From Octopus vulgaris (taxonomy: Eukaryota), in the NCBI GenBank assembly GCA_951406725.2, contig OX597829.1:14260001-14324000 (forward strand): a stretch of DNA of 64,000 nucleotides, given 5' to 3'. The notes beneath the pieces were generated by a model. That model made no database searches. It was not told the origin of the DNA and saw only the letters and a program-made list of their open reading frames with translations. Below, in pieces: positions 1-12,700 of the stretch. Numbering within the stretch: the stretch's first letter is position 1; the number at the start of each line of letters is the position of its first letter. A program made the translations under genes and the position numbers.

Positions 1-57
1 CCTAGGGGCAGTTTCAACCCTATTTAATTTGTGTAATTTTCTTCTCGACATTTTTTA

Positions 58-2919
58 ATGTCGAGAAATTTTATTGTAGAACGCTGGTCGCGTTCTTTTA
101 TGAACCAGCATTTTCCTAGTCTGGAAACGCTAGGAGAAAAAAAGAACGTATGCACGCAAAGTGCAAACCTGAATGACGTGGTAGTGAACGCTGCAACCAC
201 TTGCGGTAACAGCCCTGTCACCACCACCCCCATCACTAACAACAACAACAACAACAACGAGACTACTACTGCTACCACCACCACCTCCCCCCCCCCAATA
301 CCACCACGACCAACATCTATATATATGAAAGTGAAGTTGTGTGAGTGTCTGTTTCCTAAGATTTAGATTCCTAACTACTCCCACATTTTGCGATGCAGTT
401 TAACCAAATTCGGGTATCTTATAGTCGTGATTCATATCAAGCCCGTCTGGGTATTAGCGCGCGTCTACGATGAGTCTACGATTTTAAAAATAATTAGCGC
501 GCGTCTACGATGAGTCTACGATTTTAAAAATAATTTACCATAATTTTTTTCCATTTTAACGCATATTTTTTCGTGTGTCGATGGCGGCGGAGTTGGCGTC
601 CATGCTCACACCTGCACCTGTGTTGCTTCTCCCCTTCTTCCCTCCCTCGTGAAGCTGTGGGGAAGGGAGTGTAAGGAAATCAACGTCGTAAAGCGTTGTC
701 AAGGAGACCAGCGTTCTTTTAGAACAACGACTTCATGGCTTGAAGTCGCCAAAACAGAAATCGCTAAAAAAGCTGAAACAGATCCACAAAAACGGCAAAA
801 ACCGCCACACAGGGCAGGTTTCCTGTGCAAACAATTTGCACAACCGAATGTTTTAGTTGTTGCACAAATCTTTATATATAAAAGTGAAGTTGTGTGTCTG
901 TCTCCTACGATTTAGATTCCTAACTACTCCCACATTTTGCGGTGCAGTTTAACCAAAACCGGGTATAACCAAAACCGGGTTTAACCAAAACCGGACATAA
1001 AGTCGTGATTCATATCGAGCCCTTCTGGGTATTAGCGCGCGTCTACGATAAGTCTACGATTTTTAAAATAATTTACCATCATTTTTTCCATTTTAATGCA
1101 GTTTTTTTGCTATTATATAAGGGAAGTAACTCTCTAAAAATGTCTACGATGAGTCAACGATTTTAAAAAAATTACTATAATTTTTTTTTCCATTTTTAAT
1201 GCATTTTTTTGCTATTTTTTGGCTATAACTCTCTAAAAATGCTTTATAGTTATTTCCCTTACAAACCCGAGCAACGCCGGGCGATACTGCTAGTAAATGA
1301 TAAAAATGAAACTCACGCGAATACTATTAAGAAAAACAACAACAACAAGAACAACAATAAAAATGAACTATCTAATAGTGAAGATGTTAATATAAAAAAA
1401 TCAACAACACGAGTAAATTTCGCAGACACTCTGCGTCAGAAGAAGGAAATAGTAACATTTACAAATGAAGAGCTAATAGAAACGAGAGCTCTCTTTACAA
1501 CCCGTGGGTAAGATTTAGTGCTGCATACACCTCAACACATAAAGGAACAAATAGAAAATAAGACAATTATATATAAAATTATAAGAAAAAACAAAAAACA
1601 AAATGAACAGATTACAAAAACGGATATAGAAACATGTTTAAAAAGCATAATGAAAAAAAAGAATATATAAACTGGGGTCCCCAGTTTAACACAGTAGTGG
1701 TCCGCTTCCCTAACCAGGAAATGGCAAAAGCTCACTCTACCGAATCTTTGGAAAATGATGATATCAAAATGGTACCTTATTTCAAAGGCCAGAGAGTGAG
1801 TAGAATTACTATTAAAAATGTACCCCACGAGATCCCGAACAAATGGATAACAGGGGCAATCTGTTACCATTTGAAAAAGATCAATATTTTAGAAACAGCC
1901 GTGTACCTAAACGACAATTGGGGTGGAAAAACAGTAGTAGTAACCATCCAGATTGTGGGGGCCTCTATCGAGAGCCTACCCGATAGGATCCACCTAGAAA
2001 ATGGGCAAAGCCTATATGTTGTGGCAGAAGGCAAGAAGCCTAGATGCTACAACTGTGGCAGCCCAGAGCATTTAATTGCCAAGTGCGCTCTAGCACAGAA
2101 AAACAAGAAAGAACAAATCAGAAAACAAAAAAAAACCCTTGTTGCCAACACCAACACCAACACACTCAATTATGCAACAATGCCAAGAAGAAAACCAACA
2201 ATCCAGCAAACAAACCCCAACAACATCACCAAGAAAAGAAACAGTACAAACAAAATCACCGTTGACGACGCAACCAATTTATCATGCTGAACCAAAAGGT
2301 AGACCCACACCAACACCCAGGATGACAATTAAAAAGACAGAAATCAGTGACGAGAAGACAAATTCTACCCCTAACACCATAACAACACAAACACCGCACA
2401 AAACATCAACATTTTCTACAAGCATACATATTAACACAAATGCTTTGCCTTTACCCTCTTCTGATACGTCGGACGATGAAAGTTCGACGGAATGGCAAAT
2501 AGCCACAGGGGGTAAAAGTAAAAAATCAAAAAAGCCCACCAAACAAGGAAGTAAAGCAGGGAGATATTTAACTCCGGACAGCATCTCCCTGGACAATCAA
2601 AAAATCAATGAACCCACAAAACCACACACACAACTAACTGCGATAGACACAGACAATAAAAAAATTAATGGATTATATTGTATCCAACACGGACATCTGT
2701 GAAGATGACTTTAAGACAAACAATCATCCGCGCACCACACCACCGAAGCACATAAAAATTGTACACATAACACAAACACAACACCATACACTGAAAACAA
2801 TATTTCCAAATGCGGTAGGCGGGTTTCAACGTTACCTCTCCAAAAAACTATACAAACACCTCATCAAAGACACTACAAAAGAAGAAGAAAAAAATGAAAC
2901 TTTCGAAATGAGTAAGTGA
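58..2919 (+). pseudogene. Tx1-like ORF1 (gag-like nucleic-acid-binding protein with zinc knuckle), disrupted
   Basis: ORF pieces 58-315, ~1294-1511, 1634-2290, 2139-2702 and 2668-2919 match ORF1 of copy 2; broken by the Helitron insertion and by frameshifts. Confidence 0.85.
316..1293 (+). mobile_element. Non-autonomous Helitron (composite, second internal 5' end at 869)
   Basis: 5'-TC at 316, 3'-CTAG at 1290-1293, subterminal hairpin CCCG-AGCAACGC-CGGG. Inserted between A and T with no TSD; the empty site CAACA|TAAATG is seen in Tx1 copy 2 near 45715. Confidence 0.9.
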
Positions 2920-2985
2920 CCTTCCCTCTTGCCTCTTGTCTCTTCCAAAGTAGTGTGTGAAACACAATTTTCGTAAACGTCAATT

Positions 2986-5900
2986 ATGCTTAAATTAGGT
3001 TGTGTGAAAGCGCGTGGCTTGGCGTCGGCTTAGAAGCAAGGTTACCTTCTAAACGACATCAAGTCACTGAACGTGGATATAGTAGCTATCAGTGAAACCA
3101 GACTCAGCAAGTCGCGGGCCCTCGCGTCCATGTTTGGCGATCAATTTGACATTTATTTTTCTCCCTGTCTGCCGAACATGGGTGGTGGAGGTACCGCGGT
3201 GCTTTTTGGAAAGAGTCTAAATGTAAAAGTAAGAACAATATTCCTAGACCCGGAGGGTAGGCTGGTTGTCTTGGATGTGTTTGGAAGAAATGGGTGTGCA
3301 TTACGTCTGATGGCAGTTTATGCACCGTACTTATCGGGTCGGGCGGATTTCTTCAGACGTCTAGAGGTTTTCCTGGGTACGTCTAGACCTTTACTGTTAG
3401 TAGGGGATTGGAACGCTACCTTGGACACGCATCTAGATTATGTGGGAATGGATAGGGGGTGTAAGAAGGGGGTGTAAGTGCCTCAAAGACCTACTCAGAC
3501 TTTTCCATTTGTCTGACAGGTTCCGATTCGACCATCCGAACGTGCCAACGTGGAATTGGACAAACCGCGTCGGATCGTCGAGATCTTATCTAGATAGATT
3601 TCTATACAGGACAGCGAATATGGATAGCGTAGGATGTCCACAATTTAAAATAGTCAGCTACACAGATCACAAATTTGTGACGTGTACGCTCGACTTAGAT
3701 AAGACACATAGACAGGGTACCGGTTACTGGAAACTGAACACGTCACTCTTAGTGCGACAGGTTTGCAGGAACCGGATTAGCGAGTTAATTAAGAGGGCGC
3801 TGACGGGAGCCGTCGTTAACAATCGCTGGTGGTTCGCCCTGAAAATGGCAATAAAATCGGAATCAATTAGGTTTAGCAAGGAATTAGCGATAAATCGAAA
3901 CAGAGTAGAGGGAGACCTAGTTAAGAAACTAGAAGAGACACTTACCGCTGGCAGCGCAACCAACGTGATGGCTGCGAGGATGGCCCTCGACCAACACCTC
4001 AACGCCAAGCACGAAGGTTGCATCGTCAGAGCTAAAATGCGTGCCTTAAGGAATGAAGGGATCGAAGGCGCAGCGGGTAGCGGAGGCGCAGCGTGGCAAC
4101 AGAGCCACCATTCGGTCTCTAATAGATCAACAGGGATGCAGTTTACTCGAAACCGAAAGGATGTGTGAGGCCTTTCAACAGCACTTTGCTCGATTGTTTG
4201 GTGCGAGTGGTGGGTCGGAACGCGGGATGGATTTCAGTGCCCACCTGACCGACCTGCTGCGGCTCTCGGCAAGAGAAGCGAAGTGTTGTGAAAGTCCCAT
4301 CACAGCCGCTGACGTGCGGGATGCGATGGCGGGCTGCGCGAGGGATAAGTCGCCTGGATTGGATGGTTTACCCTACGAGCTGTATTGTCAAATGCCAGAC
4401 TTGTTTGACGACCTCTTGGCATCAGTCTACTGCAACTGGCAACAAAATGGGAGAATCCTCGGTTTCGTGAGCTGAGGTGCAGTGACGTTGCTGAAGAAAG
4501 ACCCAAACAAGGGGAATTTTATAGATAATTTCAGGCCCATCACTCTGCTCAACGCAGATTTGAAAATTTTGGCCAAAGTAATAGCCGAGAGGTTGGCGCT
4601 TGTCATTGGTAAACTGGTCGACAGGGCGCAAACATGCGCCGTGCCGGGCAGAACCATACATGACAACCTCCATCTGATGCGCTACATTGTGGACAGGGTA
4701 GTTAAGGATCCTGGCATGGGTGGGGTGCTGATAAATTTGGATCAGTCTAAAGCATTCGATAGGGTCGACCATCGGTACTTGGCGGCCGTCCTCAGGGCGG
4801 CTGGCTACGGTCCCGTCTTCCGTGGTTGGATAACTGCCTTGTATAGCGGCATCCGATCGGTGATTCGGGTGAACCGTCACCTGTCGAAACCGTTTGACAT
4901 CACGCGTTCGGTCCGTCAGGGGTGTCCCCTGTCGGCACTTCTGTATGTATTGACTCTCTAGCCGCTACTGCGGAAGATGGCGACACTGAGGGGCATCCCA
5001 CGGGAACTGGGTTGCGGGACGAGCGTGTCAGCATATGCGGACGATGTCACCGTCATAGTGTCGAGCGACAAGCACATCCGGATGATAGGCGAGACACTAA
5101 GAAAATACGAAACGGTGACGGGAGCGAAGATTAACCCGGAAAAGTCAGTGGGTTTGCTACTCGGCACCTGGAGAAGCAAGCCCATGCCGTCCGACTGCGG
5201 CTCAGTAGTGGGACGCTGGACGGACGGACCGGTTGAATTGCTCGGGGTCTGGTTCAGTCCGGACCTCTAAATGGATAAGAACTGGGACGAGATCACGAGT
5301 AGAGTGGTCGCTCTCACCAAACATGGGCCGAGAGAAAGCTGTCTCTAAAACGCCGGGTGGAGGTAGCGAACGTGTACTTCGCATCCGTCATCGATTACCG
5401 CCTGACCGTCGTGCCTTGTCCCGACTCCACCATCACCAAACTGGAACGCATACTCTTCCGCTTCCTGTGGAAGGGTGGCGTTCCGATGGTGAGGAAGTCC
5501 ATTTGCTGTCAACATCCGTTGAATGGAGGACTGGGAATGCCGTGGGTGATGATGCGCAGGCATGCGCTGAGACTGCGGCATCTCTGGAACTTCATCGACG
5601 ACGGCGAACAGGTGTGGGCGCCGTTTGTGAGGCGCGCCTTCCCGCAGCTCGTCTCACTGACCGAACTGCAAACGTGGATCAAAAAGAGACCGAAACTGGG
5701 CGATTGGCACCGAGAGTGTCGCCAAGCTCTACAGCAGCTCTGCTGACCGGGGTCAAACTTGTGCAACTTACAAACGACTAAAGCGTTCTATAGAGGACTA
5801 TTGGAGGGGAGGTCCGACGGCACACGCGGGGTAAACCTGGGCGTCGACGAGAAATTCCTAACCCGCCTGTTCAAGACGACGTTCGGGCCGAAAACCATCA

Positions 5901-6320
5901 CCGGACCGACCTGCCCGAGATGTGGTCAGAGCGACGAAACCGTTCTGCACGCACTCGTGCAGAGTCCAGATATTTCAGAGCTGTGGACCTTCGTCGAACA
6001 GCTGTTGTCACGTGTAGGTCGGGCCCGCCTATCGGCCGAGTCTATCGTGAATATTGTTCCACCACCTTCCTTTAAACGGGAAGGGAAAACGGTTTTCGTT
6101 ACGCTGATGGCTATGGCGAAAGAATGTGCGTGGTGGACGCGTTTGAAAGGACTGCAAACAAACACCTTCCTCTCTGGTCAATCTCTCGTCAACTTTTTCA
6201 AGTACCACTTGAAAAGGAGGATGAGAATAGAGAGGAAGGCTGTGTCGAACGAATGTTTTAATAAAAAGTGGGTAAAAGTGGCAAAAATGGTCAGTATGAA
6301 CTATCTTAAGCATAAATCTG
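2986..6320 (+). pseudogene. Tx1-like ORF2 (APE endonuclease, reverse transcriptase, zinc-binding C-terminus), with stops and frameshifts
   Basis: ATG at 2986 (MLKLGCV, as in copy 2). Fragments 3073-3477, 3440-4168, 4053-4475, 4482-4961, 4977-5270, 5357-5746 and 5759-6346. Internal deletion near 5890 relative to copy 2. Confidence 0.93.
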
Positions 6321-6440
6321 AAACCAAAAGAGACAACGAGAAGTAAGGCAACTTACTCATGTGTTCTTTTTCGAACTGTCTGAGGTGACCTTGGTCTTTT
6401 TTGTAGGTTTTTCTTTCCAAGGCTACACCTAAACTGTGAA

Positions 6441-6501
<61 letters not shown>

Positions 6502-6655
6502 CTTTTTTATACACCACACAACCCACAGATCCCTATTGATCAAACGTGTGTTTTTTTTTGTGCCCCACCCATCCCACCTCGAAAAGAAAAAATTCTACAT
6601 TGTATTTCGTCCATTTTTATTCTGTGTTTAGCCCTGTGTGGCTACAATAAAAAGT

Positions 6656-6778
6656 TATCTTCCTATGTATTTTCCTCTCTGTCTATCTAGTTATCTCTCT
6701 CTCCCCCTATCTATCTACCTATCAATATTTCTATGTATTTTCCCACTCTCTCTATCTAGTTATCTCTTTCTCTTTCTC

Positions 6779-6849
<71 letters not shown>

Positions 6850-7024
6850 AAGTAATTTTCCTCTCGCTCTATCTAGTTATCTCTCTCACTCTCTCTCTCT
6901 ATTTATCTATCCTTCTATGTATTTTTTCTCTCTATCTGGTTATCTCTTTCTCTCTCTATCTCTCTCTTTCTCTCTCTCTCTCTACCTATCTATCTATGTA
7001 TTTTCGCCTCTCTCTATCTAGTTA

Positions 7025-7101
<77 letters not shown>

Positions 7102-7113
7102 AAGTATTTTTCG

Positions 7114-7192
<79 letters not shown>

Positions 7193-7525
7193 TTTCGCCT
7201 CTCTCTATCTAGTTATCTCTTTCTCTCTCTCTCTACCTATCTATCTATGTATCTTTCTATGTATTTTTCCTCTCTCTCTATCTATCTATGTATCATTCTA
7301 TGTATTTTCCCTCTCTCTCTATCTAGTTATCTCTTTCTCTCTATCTCTCTCTCTCGCTCTTTCTCCCTCTCTCTCTCTCTATCTATCTATCTTTCTATGT
7401 ATTTTTGTTCCCTCTCTATCTAGTTATCTCTTCCTCTCTCTCTTTCACACTCTCTCTTTTTATCTATCTATCTATCTATCTTTCTATGTGTTTTTCCACT
7501 TTCTCTCTATCTAGTTATCTCTTTA

Positions 7526-7574
<49 letters not shown>

Positions 7575-7731
7575 CTTTCTATGTATTTTTCCTCTCTCTT
7601 TCTATCTAGTTATATCTTTCTCTATCTCTCTCTCTCTCTGTCCCTCTATCTCTCTCTCTTTCTCTATCTATCTATCTATCTATCTTCCTATGTATTTTCC
7701 TCTCCCCCTATCTAGTTATCTCTCTCTCCCC

Positions 7732-7803
<72 letters not shown>

Positions 7804-8027
7804 CTTTCTATGTATTTTCCCACTCTCTCTATCTAGTTATCTCTCTCACTCTCTCTCTCTCTCTATCTATCTATCCTTCTATGTATTTTTTCTCTAGTTA
7901 TCTCTTTCTCTCTCTATCTCTCTCTCTATCTATCTATCTATCCATCTTTCTATGTATTTTTCACCTCTCTCTTTCTAGTTATCTCTTTCTCTCTCTCTCA
8001 CTCTCTCTCTCTATCTATCTATCTATC

Positions 8028-8058
<31 letters not shown>

Positions 8059-8102
8059 CTTTCTAAGTATTTTTCCTCTCTCTCTCTATCTAGTTATCTC
8101 TT

Positions 8103-8137
<35 letters not shown>

Positions 8138-8288
8138 TTCTATGTATTTTTCCTCTCTCTCTATCTATCTATGTATCATTCTATGCATTTTCCCTCTCTC
8201 TCTATCTAGTTATCTCTTCCTCTCTCTCTCTCTCTCTCTCTTTTATCTATCTATCTTTCTATGTGTTTTTCCACTTTCTCACTATCTA

Positions 8289-8365
<77 letters not shown>

Positions 8366-8410
8366 CTTTCTATGTATTTTTCCTCTCCCTTTCTATCTTG
8401 TTATATCTTT

Positions 8411-8442
<32 letters not shown>
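6656..8442. repeat. Compound TC/TATC minisatellite (variable ~60-90 bp units containing TATGTATTTT...CTATCTAGTTATCTCT)
   Basis: The anchor motif TCTAGTTATCT recurs, separated by variable (TC)n and (TATC)n; the array resumes at 10371-10670. Confidence 0.9.
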
Positions 8443-8443
<1 letters not shown>

Positions 8444-10370
8444 CGCAGGGTGGACTTCGGTGCGTACTTGCACAGCCTGCCACGCAAGGGAGGCAGAGTG
8501 CTGCGAAGGTGCCATCACGGCGGCGGATGTGCGGGACGCAATGGAAGAATGTTCGAGAGACAAATCGCCGGGTTTGGATGGTCTGCCCTACGAGTTTTAC
8601 AGTTATATGCCAGACTTGTTTGGAGACGTCTTGGCAGCAAAACGGGAGGCATACCCGGTTTTGTGAGTAGAGGAGCCGTAACACTGCTGAAGAAAGATCT
8701 AAACAAGGGAAATGTAATAGAGAACTTTAGGCCCATCACTCTACTCAATGCAGACGTGATAATTTTTACCAAGGTGTTAGCCAAGAGGTTTGCGCTTGTC
8801 ATCGAGAAACTGGTCGACATGGCGCAAACGTGCGCCGAGCCGGGCCGGACCATCCATGACAACCTCTACATCATAGACAGAGCAGTTAAGGAACCTGGCA
8901 TGGGTGGGGCCCTGATCAATTTGGATCAATCGAAAGCTTTCGATAGGTTAGACCATCGATTCTTGGAGGCAGTCCTGAGAGCAGCTGGTTTCGGTCCCGT
9001 CTTCCGCGGCTGGATAGCTGCTTGGTACAGAGGCATCCGTTCGGTAATTCGCGTAAATGGACATCTATCGAGACCTTTCGACATCGCACGTTCGGACCGT
9101 CAGGGATGCCTGCTCTCGTCGCTTCTATACGTATTGACTCTCGAGCCATTATTGCCGAAGCTGGAAACTCTGAGGGGCATCCCGCGCGAATTGGGATGCG
9201 GGACGAGTATGTCTGCATACGCGGACGACGTCACCGTCATAGTGTCAAGCCACGAGCACATCGAGCTGGTCGGCGAGACACTGAAAGACTACGAAACGGT
9301 GACAGGAGCGAAAATCAACCGGGAAAAGTCAGTGGGCTTGCGGATCGGCACCTGGAGAAGCAAGCCCATGCCGTCCACCAGCGCCTCCGTCGTGGACGCT
9401 GGACGGACGGCCCGGTCGAGTTGCTCGGGGTCTGGGTCGGTCCGGACCTCCAAATGGAGAAGAACTGGAACGAGATAACGAGTAGGGTGGTCACTCTCTC
9501 CCGGCAATGGGCGGAGAGGAAACTGTCCCTAAAAGGTCGGGCGGAGGTGGCGAACACGTACATCGCGTCCATCATCTACTACCGCCTGACCGTCGTACCT
9601 TGTCCCGACCGTACCATCACCAAACTAGAATGCATTCTCTTCCGCTTCTTGTGGAAAGGATGCGTCCCGATGGTCAGGCGATCCATTTGCTGTCAACACC
9701 CGTTAAAAGGAGGTCTGGCACGCCGTGGTTGATGATGCGCAGACATGCGCTGAGACTGCGACATCTCAGGCTCTACGTAGACGACGGTGAACAGGTGTGG
9801 TCGCCGTTTATGAGGCACGCTTTCCCGCAGCTCGTCTCCATGAAAGGATTAGAGACAAACACCTTCCTCTCTGGTCAATCACTCATCAACTTCTTCAAGT
9901 ATCACTTGGAAAGGAAAGTGAGAGTAGAGAGGCAAGTTTTGTATAGTGAATGTTTTAAAATAAGATGGGTGAATGTAGCAAGGATGGCACGTATGAATGA
10001 CGAAGCCACCTTGACTATGATCCTATGAACCGTAAAAAATTTAATACAGAGTGTTGCTTATTTGTAAAAAAAATATAACATGTGACTTCATTGACCGAGG
10101 TTACCGTGGTCTTTTCCGTAGGCTTTTCTTTCCACGGGTAAACCTCACCTGTCTTCCCCTTTACACTCTATATTGAGATTTCTGTGATAACGATCCCTAT
10201 TGATCCATTTTTTCTTTTTCCTTTTTTTTTTGTTTTTGCTTTCCACTTTCTTTCCTTTTACGATCCCTTTTGATTGAAAACCAAACCCCACCTTTTTATC
10301 CCACAAAACAAAAGCTCTACCTTGTAATTTGTCCCGTCTGTGTGCAGCCCTGTGTGGCTAATAAAGAAAC
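8443..10370 (+). mobile_element. Tx1/L1-clade LINE, copy 3 (related subfamily, 5'-truncated, internal deletion near 9840)
   Basis: RT motifs RPITLLN, DQSKAFDR and YADD; 3' end GCCCTGTGTGGCTAATAAAGAAAC; flanked by TATC repeats. Confidence 0.93.
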
Positions 10371-10412
10371 ATATCTTTCTCTGTATCTTTCCTCTCTCTC
10401 TATCTAGTTATA

Positions 10413-10463
<51 letters not shown>

Positions 10464-10528
10464 CTTTCTATGTATTTTTCCTCTTTCTCTCTATCTAGTT
10501 ATCTCTCTCTCTCTATCCATCTCTCTCC

Positions 10529-10592
<64 letters not shown>

Positions 10593-11194
10593 AAGTATTT
10601 TTCCTCTCTCTCTCCATCTAGTTATCTCTTTCTTTCTCTCTCCCTATCTATCTATCTATCTATTTCATTCTCAGTCTCTTTTCTTCTTCCCTTTTAGTCA
10701 TCTTTAATTTCTCACTCCTTCCCAAATGTATTCTTTCTCTTTACCTTACATTTTCCTCACATTATTATCTTGTTACTCTTCTTCCTTTATTTTCTCATTT
10801 TCACTTTCTCTCTTTTATTCTATCATTCTTCTTTAGTTTCTCTCTCTCCCCCTTTCTTCTCTCTTTTCTCTCTCTCTCTCTCTCTCTCTCTCGCTCTGTT
10901 TCCTTTACTGTTTCTCTCCCTTTATTTTCTCATAAACCCGATAATCCTCTCTCATACAAGACCTGCACGATGGTCTACAACTCGCCGTAGGTCTTTGTTG
11001 ACCTCTTACAATGACCTCTCTTTTCGCTAGATATTTACTTTATCACTGTCATTTACTTTGTAAGAATCTCATACATGGTGTCATACATGCTAGATATAGC
11101 AGCTATATCTCTTTCAAATCACAACTACCGTCTTCAACGAGGAAAGAATAAGAATTCATGCCACAATAAATATAGTCCAATATAGACGCGCCAG

Positions 11195-11395
11195 CGCCGG
11201 CGTTAACTCATCCGAGTAGAAGATCTGTAGTGAGTGATTGAACCTCTCCAATTTGATGGGTGCGAAGGGTACCGATGCCTGAGATAGCTGTTCAGGCTAA
11301 GAGCAGTGTAGTAGAACCGGGAGCATTCATCGCAGGGGTGAGTTGATGGGTTATGACGAAGTGCACGTTACACTTTTCGTCTGCCTAGATACATT
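11195..11395 (-). mobile_element. Possible degenerate RTE-clade 3' fragment
   Basis: A minus-strand frame gives HPCDECSRFYYTALSLNSYLRH, a decayed C2H2-like finger resembling the RTE C-terminus seen at 53938-54130. Confidence 0.35.
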
Positions 11396-11641
11396 ATTAT
11401 GATCATAGATCTACTATATCAAGGCGGAACTACATATAAACATCAACAACTTGGCTTTCCAGTTAATCGATTTTTCCTTCCATTAAATACCAATAATATT
11501 CAACCGTCTATAGACCAATGACTGTGTCCGTAATGTCATATCAAAATCGTATTTTTTTTTTTTCTTTTTTAGATTACTAGATAACATTCACTGAAGTGAC
11601 CGTGTACAGATGATTGTGCTCCTACTAATATTTTAAATCTT

Positions 11642-12451
11642 GGATATTTTCGGTTTGAACGGCAGATTTTAACACAATTTCTAGGTAACTAAAAAAATTT
11701 AAACTTCGTATACTGGTAGAATGTGATTATAAAACATCTTTTTCTATCAGCTTTATTGAGAAAATTCTATAGTTTGTAAGATATTTGTTGTTGTTTTTCT
11801 GCAATTTCTGCAATTTCAACCAATCATGACGTCCATTGAGTTAAAAAGCATTCTGTGCCGTATGAATATGTCCCTCGTTTAAGAAACAGATTGGATTTAT
11901 TTACATTTGTGAAGAAAAAAAGATACCATTCCCCCTAACCCTAACCCTAACCCTAAATCTAAAATAGACTCTAATGCAATAGATCGATACTAGGGTCATA
12001 ATTGTGGGTGACAATTTCATATGACACCGCTAGAAAAAACTGCCATTTTCTCTAGCGGTGTCATGAAATTGTCACCCATAATTATGACCCTAGTATCGAT
12101 CTATTGCATTTCAGTCTATTTTAGATTAAGGGTTAGTTAGGGTTAGGGTTAGGGGTGGGGGAAAGGTATCTTTTTTTCATCACAAATGTAAATAAACCCA
12201 ATCTGTTTCTTAAACGAGGGACATATTCATACGGCACAGAATGTTCTTTACGTCAATAGACGTTATTGATTGGTTGAAATTGCCGAAATTGAGGAAAAAC
12301 AACAACAAATATCTTACAAACTATAGAATTTTCTCAATAAAGCCAAGAGAAAAAGATGTTTTATAAACACATTCTACCAGTATACGAAGTTTAAAATTTT
12401 TTAGTTACCTAGAAATTGTGTTAAAATCTGCCGTTCAAACCGAAAATATCC
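11642..12451. mobile_element. Foldback MITE-like DNA element with ~400-bp inverted arms containing (CCCTAA)n/(TTAGGG)n
   Basis: Termini GGATATTTTCGGTTTGAACGGCAG / CTGCCGTTCAAACCGAAAATATCC; flanks TAAATCTT and TAAATCTC (8 bp, 1 mismatch); second copy at 47209-48046. Confidence 0.88.
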
Positions 12452-12564
12452 TAAATCTCTTTTTGAATTTACCAGGTGACTATGTTCAATTTAAAGATAA
12501 TTAAATAAAAAGATCTAATGTAGACATCTACGACTACACATTTTTAGGTAGTCAATATGGATGC

Positions 12565-12700
12565 AGGCATGATTGTGCAGTTAAGAAGTTTGCTTCGTAA
12601 TTCCATGGTGTCGGATTTAATTCCACTGAGTGGCACATTAATCAAGAGTTCTCATCCTTAACCAAAGCCCTGTGAGTTAAAATTAAATAGACGGTGACTA
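12565..12700 (+). mobile_element. Diverged tRNA-derived SINE head
   Basis: Similar to the SINE head at 39790-39945 and 56933-57060. Confidence 0.55.

Larger units (their letters stand above)
1..6655 (+). mobile_element. Tx1/L1-clade non-LTR retrotransposon, copy 1 (near full length, decayed; 5' end outside the window; interrupted by a Helitron)
   Basis: ORF1 has a CCHC knuckle (CYNCGSPEHLIAKC). ORF2 fragments carry APE motifs (AISETR, VGDWNA, SYLDR, TDH), RT motifs (RPITLLN, DQSKAFDRV, RQGCPLS, YADD) and a C-terminal CPRC...H motif. It ends at GCCCTGTGTGGCTACAATAAAAAG followed by TATCT, and is collinear with the reverse complement of 40330-46194. Confidence 0.95.

Noticed and set aside
11930-12160. 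Telomere or chromosome-fusion site
   Set aside because: Only 3-4 repeat units, internal to a repeated foldback element.
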